In this document: positions 9,479-17,736 of the stretch, piece by piece
Layout of the letters: each line of letters starts with the position of its first letter
How positions within the stretch are numbered: the stretch's first letter is position 1
Origin: Telmatocola sphagniphila
GTDB taxonomy: Bacteria; Planctomycetota; Planctomycetia; Gemmatales; Gemmataceae
NCBI RefSeq assembly: GCF_018398935.1
Contig: NZ_CP074694.1
Location: forward strand, 5,130,001-5,162,000
Length of the DNA: 32,000 bases
Direction of reading: 5' to 3'
Program-made: the position numbers and the translations under genes
Notes under the pieces: generated by a model
The model's input: only the letters and a program-made list of their open reading frames with translations
The model's database searches: none
Told to the model about the DNA's origin: nothing

Positions 9479-11095
9479 ATGACCTCGCCAGATGAGATGC
9501 AGTATTTAATTGACCGCTGCACTTTTCAAAGTGTTAAGGCAGTCCTCTTTAGCAAGACAGATATTGACACTGTCGTACTTGTAAAACCTAATTGTTCGCT
9601 TGAGCAAGTGGCCACCTTTTGCGTCAATAACGATGCTTCCGCTCTGGAACGGCTCAAAGTCAAGACTGACATCGTATTCCTATCTCCTACCAAGCATCCT
9701 CGAACTCCGGTTGATCGTCACTCTTATCTCCTCGACTCAGATTTCGTCGAGGTACTTTTAGTCCCGCCCTTGTATCTAGTTCGTGCGAAACCACACACTC
9801 AGGCGCTGGAAAATGCAATAGCCGTATGTGGTATCACAAGATGCAAGCAGTGTGGTTTTCTTTGTGGCACAGAACTTTCGAGCCAATACTGGCATCCGCC
9901 GGTGAACTATTCAGCAGGTGTGGACGAATACTGCCTTGGATGTTGGCTTGATTGTGGACCAGATGCGACAAGTACCCGTCACCATGTTTTGGTTGAACCG
10001 ACGGGAGACTTGATCGTAGACTACAACGCTATTTTTCATTTAGGCTACCGCTTAGCAATCTTGCCCGTCGCACGCCTTGAACTAGGCTCAGCACCCATCT
10101 GTTTTCCTAATATGATTTGCTTTTATCCCCCTGGCACAATCGACCTAGAGCAATTATTGATTCGCTCGAACAGTGAAGGCACCCTTAGACTGGCTGAGCA
10201 TTCGAGCCTTGCCTCCCAAATAAACGAAAAGGTTCTATCAACCCATCCTTTGGTCGTACTCCCCTGTCGTTTTGACTGGGATGACTTTTGTAATGCAAGC
10301 CATAAAGCGCATCTCGAGTTTATTCGAAGTCTGTCCGAGATCATAGATGATGAGTGCTTCAACTTCATTCGTTACCGTCAGTGCCATATCGAACCAATTG
10401 ATATACTTCCCGGGCGTCCGGGACAGATAAATTCAAACCACATGATGGCCGGTGCATTACTGTTTGACCCAGAGAAAGGTGGACAAATCATTGGAGGAGA
10501 TGCTTTCACTCATATAGTCACACGAGGACTTGGCCTGCCTTTAGAGCCTATTGACTGCACGCAATTTCCAAGATTCGGTGAGGTAGGTAATTTTGTTAAA
10601 CATGTGTTGTCACTTTACTCACAGTTGATAGAAGCCAACAGTAGCACTACAAAGTTCGTTCAATGTCTAACTCTTTTAGAAGTTTTAGCTTCTGCAGAGG
10701 AATCGGAGCGTTTCAAAGCGTTCAAGAATACCAAGAAAAATATAGTTCGTTACGCTACAAATGATCATAACGAATATAAACGAATCATGACTAGGATGAT
10801 TGCTTTAACAGGGCTGAAAGACGAATCCGGAAAAAATATTGGCTACAGAACAGAAATCATTCATTTCGGCAAGCGTCTCGAATCACTAATTCCAAGTATT
10901 AATGAACGAGAGAACTTATTTCGAGAATTGGAAAATTACATAAAATGTGTCCTTGATCACTTAATCGATCACTCGGAAATGTCCTGGGAAGACTACAAAG
11001 TCATTCGAGATTCAATCGGCCCCTATGGGGTGGCCCCGGATACATCTCAGTCATCGACTGCTCCAGCACAGCAGACAGATGACATTCCATTTTGA
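9479..11095 (+). CDS. hypothetical protein (538 aa): CxxC…CxxC zinc ribbon and an alpha-helical C-terminus with an Rx4H motif
   Basis: It starts 3 nt after the drmD stop and ends 36 nt before drmMI. It contains CKQCGFLCG…CLGCWLDC and, near the C-terminus, LTLLEVLASAEE…GYRTEIIHFGKRL. Hand-counted 60-nt samples give about 37-38% GC, against about 57% in a drmD sample. Confidence 0.6.
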   Translation: MTSPDEMQYLIDRCTFQSVKAVLFSKTDIDTVVLVKPNCSLEQVATFCVNNDASALERLKVKTDIVFLSPTKHPRTPVDRHSYLLDSDFVEVLLVPPLYLVRAKPHTQALENAIAVCGITRCKQCGFLCGTELSSQYWHPPVNYSAGVDEYCLGCWLDCGPDATSTRHHVLVEPTGDLIVDYNAIFHLGYRLAILPVARLELGSAPICFPNMICFYPPGTIDLEQLLIRSNSEGTLRLAEHSSLASQINEKVLSTHPLVVLPCRFDWDDFCNASHKAHLEFIRSLSEIIDDECFNFIRYRQCHIEPIDILPGRPGQINSNHMMAGALLFDPEKGGQIIGGDAFTHIVTRGLGLPLEPIDCTQFPRFGEVGNFVKHVLSLYSQLIEANSSTTKFVQCLTLLEVLASAEESERFKAFKNTKKNIVRYATNDHNEYKRIMTRMIALTGLKDESGKNIGYRTEIIHFGKRLESLIPSINERENLFRELENYIKCVLDHLIDHSEMSWEDYKVIRDSIGPYGVAPDTSQSSTAPAQQTDDIPF

Positions 11096-11131
11096 AATTA
11101 AAAAACTGTAATTGTACCGAAGAATACCCTT

Positions 11132-14100
11132 ATGTCCATCACCCGCCACCATAACGAATGGCTGTCGCTCGTGCCGAACTCAGGCCCGTTCCTGAGTTTG
11201 CCGGTGCTGGCACAGGCGTTTCCGCAGGGACTTGATGCCCATGATGCGGATCACGCTCGGCGTCTGCGCATGGCGTTCGATGAATGGGACGACAACCAGT
11301 TGGGCAAACGGCCCGATCCGGGCATTCATCGGGCATGGTTGAAATTTGTATTGGGCGAGACGCTGGGCTACGACGAACATCTCGCCGAGGGGCAGGCGAT
11401 CCCGCAGACCCTCAAAAGCGAAGTCGCCGAATGCGGTGAAACTCTGCGGCCCGATTGGATCGTCAACGACCCCGCCTCGAAGAAGGCTCGGTTGCTCGTT
11501 CAGGTCTATCCACGCTCTCAATCATTAACGAAACCAGTGGCGGGAAAGCGTTGGAGTGCCTGGCCCGATGGTCGGATGATGCAACTGCTGCACGACACGG
11601 GCATCCGGCTTGGTATCGTCACCAATGGCGATCACTGGATGTTGGTGAATGCTCCGAAGAACGAAACGACAGGCTACGTCTCCTGGTACGCAAACCTCTG
11701 GCTTGAGGAACAGATCACGCTGCGGGCCTTCCGCACTTTGCTTGGAGCCGACCGTCTCTTCAGCGTGCCGGAAGACGAAACCCTCGAAGCCCTGCTCGAC
11801 AAGAGCGCTTCCGACCAGCAGGAAGTCACTGACCAGCTTGGGTATCAGGTCCGCAAGGCAGTTGAGGTCTTGATCCAGGCGCTCGACAAGGCGGACCAGG
11901 AACATGGACGGAAGTTGCTGGCCGATGTGAACGAAAAGGTTCTCTACGAGTCGGCCCTCACTGTCATGATGCGACTGGTGTTCCTGTTCTGTGCAGAAGA
12001 ACGGGAACTGCTTCTGCTGGGCGATGAACTCTACGACAAGAACTACGCCGTCAGTACACTGCGCGAACAGCTGCGCGTCACGGCAGATGAATTCGGTGAA
12101 GAAATCCTCGGTCTTCGTTATGACGCCTGGACCCGATTGCTTACAACCTTCCGGGCTGTTTACGCGGGAGCCAAGCACGACCGGCTCAAGCTCCCGGCCT
12201 ATGGCGGCAGTCTGTTCAACCCCGACCGTTTCCCGTTCCTCGAAGGACGCAAGTCCAACACAAGTTGGAAGAACACCGAGGCTACGCCGCTACCTGTCAG
12301 CAATCGCACGGTGTTGCATCTGCTCGAAGCTTTGCAGATCTTGCGGACTAAGATTGGCAATACCACCGAGGCTCGCAAAATCAGTTTCCGGGCGCTCGAC
12401 ATCGAACAGATCGGTCACGTCTACGAGGGCCTGCTCGACCACACCGCCAAGCGTGCGACCGAGCCGGTGTTGGGATTGGCGGGAACACGGGACAAGGAAC
12501 CCGAAATCGCCCTGGCCGAACTTGAGAAGATCGCCGCCAAGGGAGAGAAGGAACTGCTCAAATTCCTGAAGGATGAATCGGGCCGCTCAGAATCGGCGAT
12601 CAAGAAGGGCCTGAACGCCGAGATTGACGATCAGCTTGCCAGTCGCTTCCGTACCGCCTGTCAGGACTCGGACCTCTGGAAGCGGGTGAAGCCGTTCGCC
12701 GGGTTAGTGAGGCTCGATGATGTGGATTACCCGGTTGTCATCACCACGGGCAGTGTCTTCGTCACCGCTGGGACCGACCGACGCAGCAGCGGCACGCATT
12801 ACACTCCCAAGAGCCTCACCGAACCCATCGTGCAATACACGCTGGAGCCGCTGGTTTACGTCGGCCCCGCTGAAGGATTGCCCAAGGACCAGTGGAAGCT
12901 CCGTTCGGCCAAAGAACTGCTTGCCCTGAAGATATGCGACATGGCATGTGGCTCCGGGGCCTTTTTGGTCCAGGCGTGCCGATACATGGCGGCTCGACTG
13001 CTCGAAGCCTGGGACGCCGTTCAACGGGCCAACCCTGGAATAGTCCACATCACGCCTGAAGGCGAAACCTCAACGGGCAAGCCCGGTGAGATGCTGATCC
13101 CCGACGACCCCGACGAGCGCCAAACCTACGCTCTGCGGATCGTGGCCCAGCGTTGCTTGTACGGTGTGGACAAGAACCCGCTGGCAGCGGAAATGGCCAA
13201 GTTGTCGCTCTGGTTGTTGACTCTCGCCAAGAACAAGCCGTTCGAGTTCCTGGACCATGCTATCCGATGCGGCGATTCACTCGTCGGCATTCACAACCTC
13301 GAACAGTTGCGGAATTTCAGTCTCGATGGCAAGGGGGATGATCGGCGAGTGGTCCTGGCTTACATGGAGGACAAAATCCAGGAGGCTATCGCCCTACGTC
13401 GCCAGATTACCGAGATGCAGGCTCATACTGCCGAGGATGTCGAGGTTCAGGACCGGATGTTACGAGAGGCGAACGAAAAGATCGACCGGCTCAAGTGTGC
13501 CGCCGACATGCTGATTTCAGCCGAGTTCGCAGCCGGCTCCGCTCCCGACAAGCGATCCGCCAGGGACAATGCAGCGATCAAAGTGGCCGTTCATTTCGGC
13601 GACAGCGAGTTGCCAACATTTCGCCGAGAGGCACAGAAGGCACTTGCCGGTCAGGTGACGTTCCACTGGCCGCTAGAATTCCCCGAAGTCATGGTTGAGC
13701 GGGGTGGGTTCGATGCGTTTGTCGGGAATCCTGCTTATATGGGCGGTCAGAAACTAACGGGAGCCTTCGGCACCCCATACCGTGATTTCTTGGTTTGTCG
13801 AGTTGCAGATGGTCGCAAGGGGCTTGTCGATTTGTGCGCCTACTTCGTACTCCGCTCACACATTCTGCTTAAATCGATAGGGACTTGTGGCTTTGTTTCA
13901 ACCAGCGCCATTGCGGAAGGCGACACCAGAAGTGTTTGCTTGGACTGGCTCTGCAATAATGGATGGGTCATATTCCGGGCGAATCAACGCATGGCATGGC
14001 CCGGCGCTGCCAGCGTAACGTATACACCCATTTGGCTGACCTCCAGGCATTGGTGCGGGGCTTGCCATTTAGAGGACATACCTGTTGAGAGCATCACACC

Positions 14101-15712
14101 TTTTCTTGTTGCAAAGGGAACAGTGTCAGGTACGCCACATCGTCTTGCTGCGAATATCGGCTTGTCTTTCAACGGAGTCAAAGTGTACGGAAACGGCTTT
14201 GTGTTGGAACCCGTCGAAGCTCACCGACTCCTTGCGCAGAACGAGCGCAATAAGCAGGTGATTTTTCCATACATCACGGGACAAGATGTCAATAGCAAGC
14301 ATGATTCAAGCCATTCTGCTTGGGCAATCCGCTTTTTTGATTGGCCGTTGAACAGGAGCACGGCACCTGTTGGATACAAAGGGAATGTCGCAAGCGATTT
14401 CCCAGAATGTCTTGCCGTGGTCGAGGAGCGAGTGAAACCTGAACGCACCAGGACCGACAACAACGGCAACTATATCGTAAGAAAGCCTATGCCTCAGCAG
14501 TGGTGGATTTATGGGGAGAAACGCCCTGGTCTTTACGCTGCGATAGAATTGCTGGATGCCTGTTTTGCCATTGCGACGCAAGCAACAAAATATATTGCGT
14601 TTGAACGGCTTCAGCCACGGATGGTTTTTTCTCATTCCCTTGCTGTGATTGCCAGCGACTCATTTTCGGTGTTTGGGCTTCTAAGTTCGTCGCTCCATGA
14701 CGCTTGGGCGAGGCTATACGGATCGTATAATCTCGCATTGCTTCGGTATTCGCCTACTGACTTGCTTGAGACCTTTGCATTCCCAAGTGATCTTTCGGGC
14801 TTGGCCGATATGGGGCGTTGCTATTACGCCTCAAGAAAGAGAGTAATGGAATCTCGGATTGAGGGCATGACGGATATTTACAACCGCTTCCACGATCCCG
14901 ACGAAACCAGCCCCGACATCCAGAAGCTCCGACAACTCCACGTCGAGATGGACAACGCCGTAGCCGCCGCCTACGGCTGGACCGATCTCGACCTCGGCCA
15001 CGGCTTCCACGAGACGAAGCAGGGTGTCCGCTACACGATCAGCGAACACGCCCGCCGTGAAGTCCTCGCCCGCCTGCTCAAGCTGAACCACGAACGCTAC
15101 GCCGAGGAAGTGAAGCAAGGGCTGCACGAGAAGAAGAAGCCTGCGCTCAAACGCAAGGCGAAACTTGCGACAGCCACAGTTCAGGCGTCACTGTTTGACC
15201 ATGATGGCACGTTTCCCAGGCCGGGACTCGAAGATTACCTCTGCGGCCTTGTCTGCGATCTCGTCAAAGCGGACCCCGGACTGCCGGTTTCTGCGTATGT
15301 CGATAGTCTCGTGATTGCCCTGGGTTACGAGCGTCACCAACGACTCCTGACCGGCAAGGATCGCACCGCCTTTGCGAATCTCTGCAAAGCCTCGCCTTTG
15401 GCGTCGTGGAGTTCAACCAACAGAATCCCCTGGGCCGAGTTGCGCAACTTGCTGACTCAACGCAAGGCTATCAAACCGGAAGACCAAACGATTCAAGCTG
15501 GGCCGAAGTTGGCAGCGGTTCGGAATTCATATTCCGCTGCTGCACCCGAACTGGTCGCTTTGCTTCGCAAAGCATCAGCAGAGTTGGTTGAGCTACAAGC
15601 ATCTGTCGGCCCCGACAACGCTGAAGCCCCCAAGGACATCACGACAGAATTTACGGAAATTCTCCAGTCATTTGTGCATGACAAGGATCAGTGGTACGGA
15701 GTAGCAGCGTGA
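11132..15712 (+). CDS. drmMI: large N6-adenine DNA methyltransferase (Eco57I/type IIG-like), DISARM DrmMI-like (1526 aa)
   Basis: The SAM-binding motif I is ICDMACGSGAFLVQA. Motif IV has the typical context HWPLEFPEVMVERGGFDAFVGNPAYMGG. Its size and position next to an SNF2 helicase and the drmABC triad support the call. Confidence 0.8.
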   Translation: MSITRHHNEWLSLVPNSGPFLSLPVLAQAFPQGLDAHDADHARRLRMAFDEWDDNQLGKRPDPGIHRAWLKFVLGETLGYDEHLAEGQAIPQTLKSEVAECGETLRPDWIVNDPASKKARLLVQVYPRSQSLTKPVAGKRWSAWPDGRMMQLLHDTGIRLGIVTNGDHWMLVNAPKNETTGYVSWYANLWLEEQITLRAFRTLLGADRLFSVPEDETLEALLDKSASDQQEVTDQLGYQVRKAVEVLIQALDKADQEHGRKLLADVNEKVLYESALTVMMRLVFLFCAEERELLLLGDELYDKNYAVSTLREQLRVTADEFGEEILGLRYDAWTRLLTTFRAVYAGAKHDRLKLPAYGGSLFNPDRFPFLEGRKSNTSWKNTEATPLPVSNRTVLHLLEALQILRTKIGNTTEARKISFRALDIEQIGHVYEGLLDHTAKRATEPVLGLAGTRDKEPEIALAELEKIAAKGEKELLKFLKDESGRSESAIKKGLNAEIDDQLASRFRTACQDSDLWKRVKPFAGLVRLDDVDYPVVITTGSVFVTAGTDRRSSGTHYTPKSLTEPIVQYTLEPLVYVGPAEGLPKDQWKLRSAKELLALKICDMACGSGAFLVQACRYMAARLLEAWDAVQRANPGIVHITPEGETSTGKPGEMLIPDDPDERQTYALRIVAQRCLYGVDKNPLAAEMAKLSLWLLTLAKNKPFEFLDHAIRCGDSLVGIHNLEQLRNFSLDGKGDDRRVVLAYMEDKIQEAIALRRQITEMQAHTAEDVEVQDRMLREANEKIDRLKCAADMLISAEFAAGSAPDKRSARDNAAIKVAVHFGDSELPTFRREAQKALAGQVTFHWPLEFPEVMVERGGFDAFVGNPAYMGGQKLTGAFGTPYRDFLVCRVADGRKGLVDLCAYFVLRSHILLKSIGTCGFVSTSAIAEGDTRSVCLDWLCNNGWVIFRANQRMAWPGAASVTYTPIWLTSRHWCGACHLEDIPVESITPFLVAKGTVSGTPHRLAANIGLSFNGVKVYGNGFVLEPVEAHRLLAQNERNKQVIFPYITGQDVNSKHDSSHSAWAIRFFDWPLNRSTAPVGYKGNVASDFPECLAVVEERVKPERTRTDNNGNYIVRKPMPQQWWIYGEKRPGLYAAIELLDACFAIATQATKYIAFERLQPRMVFSHSLAVIASDSFSVFGLLSSSLHDAWARLYGSYNLALLRYSPTDLLETFAFPSDLSGLADMGRCYYASRKRVMESRIEGMTDIYNRFHDPDETSPDIQKLRQLHVEMDNAVAAAYGWTDLDLGHGFHETKQGVRYTISEHARREVLARLLKLNHERYAEEVKQGLHEKKKPALKRKAKLATATVQASLFDHDGTFPRPGLEDYLCGLVCDLVKADPGLPVSAYVDSLVIALGYERHQRLLTGKDRTAFANLCKASPLASWSSTNRIPWAELRNLLTQRKAIKPEDQTIQAGPKLAAVRNSYSAAAPELVALLRKASAELVELQASVGPDNAEAPKDITTEFTEILQSFVHDKDQWYGVAA

Positions 15713-17736
15713 CTCGAAAGGCGACGAAGACCGACAATCGACGCACTTCGCCCTTGTTCTGGGTGAAGCAAGTGACGTTGTATCGGTCGCTCTCGCCAGT
15801 TGAGGAAATACGCACCATTCCGTTCGCCCCTGGCTTGAACATCATCCAAGGAAAACTTGACGACTCTGCACAGGAATTCGAGTCCGGGCATGGCAATGGC
15901 AAAACGACCTTGTGCCGACTGATTCGCTACTGTCTAGGAGAAAAGACATTCGGCCAGGAACATCTGGTAGCCGAGGTCAAGCATTGCTTTCCGCACGGAT
16001 ACGTCGGTGCTGTCGTCGTAGTGAATGATGAAGAATGGAGCGTGTTGCGAACGGTCGGAAATCATCGGAAAGAGTTTGCTCGACAAGGCGTTTCGCTTGC
16101 TGATCTGACTGCTGCGGAGGATCGACCGGCCTACTCGGAGTTTCTGAACAGAATCCACGAGATTGGACTTTCGAGGCTTCAACAACGAGAAGTTCTCTCC
16201 GGTGGAGAGGTAATTCAATGGCTGCATGTGTTGGCGCTTTGCAGTCGAGATCAAGAGAGCCGTTACGACCGATTCTGGAATGTTCGCCCCTCGCGAAGTG
16301 ATTCAGGCTTCTCGAAGTTCACGAAGGTTGATGTGTCTCTTTGCGTGCGGGCAATGCTTGGAATGCTCGACGTTCGAGAACCACAGATTTTGAAACGTCA
16401 GTTGGAGTTGGAATCTGAACTGCACCAACTGCGAAAAAAGATCGAAGAGAAAACCTCCGAGCCAGCATTTCACATTACCCAACTACGCAATCGGCTCCTC
16501 AATGAATATGGGGTGGCGCAGGCAGATGTGGCTCCGCTGACATCGGAAGGTCTTTTCACCATTTCCAAAATGCGTGACGCTCGCCTCACGAGCATCCGAG
16601 ACGAGTTGGACGAGATCGAGCGGAAGATCGCAGACCTCGACACGCAAATCAACGGGGCCACGGCGAGACTCAACGAAATCCACGAGATGCAGGAACGGAA
16701 CGTGACCGCGAACGAAGCCACCGCCAGCGGTTCAGCCGTTCTCGAACAGTCCGTTGGCCCGGAGAACGAACGCCAGACCATCTTGGAAAAGATGGACAGG
16801 CTGTGTCCAACTGGTGAACTGGTTCGAGAATGCGAAAAGGTCAAAGAAAAGCTGGTTCAACTGGACAAGGAGATTACGAGCAAGAAGCTCACTGAAGACC
16901 AACGGCAAACGGTAGCGATAGTCCAGAGGCGGGATCAGGCTCAGGCCGAATTAGGCCGACAAGTGGAACGACAGGAGAACCCGCTCCAACAAATCCGGGC
17001 AAGGTTGAAGCAACTCAACGAGGAAAAGAACACGCTCCTGAAACGCACCGGCATCGTTAGCGAATGGTTGAGAGTGATTCCAAGAGTCACAGACGAGTTG
17101 CTGAAGTGGCACAGAGTTGAGCAAGGCGAAGAACCGAATCAAGAACTCACGACACTTCGTTCCGACGAGAAGAATAAAGTCGATGAAAGCGAACGACTGA
17201 AGGCTGAACTCGTAGTGTTGCTGACGAAGCAGAATGAGCGAATGCAACAGTTCCAAAGCCGGTTTCACGGCATCGTTCGACAGGCGATCAACTCCACGTT
17301 CAAGGGCGTGGTATCCGTCGCAAAAGATGAGCTTGTCTTCCGTATCAGCCGAGAGCGGTCTTTGGCTGGCGAGGCGTATGAGACGTTGGCCGTACTATTG
17401 GCCGACCTTGCAATTCTGTTGGAGAGTTCATCGGAATCCGTCTGCCATCCCGGTTTGCTAATTCACGACAGCCCACGGGAAGCCGACCTGAACGTGCGAC
17501 TTTACGAGAAAATGCTGGATGCAGCTTTCTCACTGATGACAGATGGACAAGGCAAAACGCCTTACCAATACATCGTAACGACCACGACTCAGCCATCCGA
17601 ATCGCTTCGCTTGGCAAACGTAACGAAGGAGACGTTGAGTAGCGGCCCTGGGTCGCTTTTCGGAATGCAGCTTGAAATTGGTTCGTCTGATGCCAACCAA
17701 GGAACACTTCCTTTTGGCGAAGGGAGTGACACATGA
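15709..17736 (+). CDS. SMC/ABC-type ATPase with a long coiled-coil insert (DUF3732/LmuB-like or DUF2326-like), ~675 aa
   Basis: The N-terminal head is IPFAPGLNIIQG…SGHGNGKTTLCRLIRYCLGE (Walker A). About 300 aa of heptad-rich E/K/R/L/Q sequence follow. The C-terminal head has GLLIHDSPREADL (Walker B/D-loop-like). The GTG at 15709 overlaps the drmMI stop (GTGA). Alternative starts are 15691 and 15763. Confidence 0.65.
   Translation: MTRKATKTDNRRTSPLFWVKQVTLYRSLSPVEEIRTIPFAPGLNIIQGKLDDSAQEFESGHGNGKTTLCRLIRYCLGEKTFGQEHLVAEVKHCFPHGYVGAVVVVNDEEWSVLRTVGNHRKEFARQGVSLADLTAAEDRPAYSEFLNRIHEIGLSRLQQREVLSGGEVIQWLHVLALCSRDQESRYDRFWNVRPSRSDSGFSKFTKVDVSLCVRAMLGMLDVREPQILKRQLELESELHQLRKKIEEKTSEPAFHITQLRNRLLNEYGVAQADVAPLTSEGLFTISKMRDARLTSIRDELDEIERKIADLDTQINGATARLNEIHEMQERNVTANEATASGSAVLEQSVGPENERQTILEKMDRLCPTGELVRECEKVKEKLVQLDKEITSKKLTEDQRQTVAIVQRRDQAQAELGRQVERQENPLQQIRARLKQLNEEKNTLLKRTGIVSEWLRVIPRVTDELLKWHRVEQGEEPNQELTTLRSDEKNKVDESERLKAELVVLLTKQNERMQQFQSRFHGIVRQAINSTFKGVVSVAKDELVFRISRERSLAGEAYETLAVLLADLAILLESSSESVCHPGLLIHDSPREADLNVRLYEKMLDAAFSLMTDGQGKTPYQYIVTTTTQPSESLRLANVTKETLSSGPGSLFGMQLEIGSSDANQGTLPFGEGSDT

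Noticed and set aside
11139-15684. Antisense and off-frame ORFs inside drmMI (for example 11525-12178 minus, 11991-12569 plus)
   Set aside because: They lie fully inside a 4.6-kb ORF with clear methyltransferase motifs, and they have biased composition with no motifs of their own.
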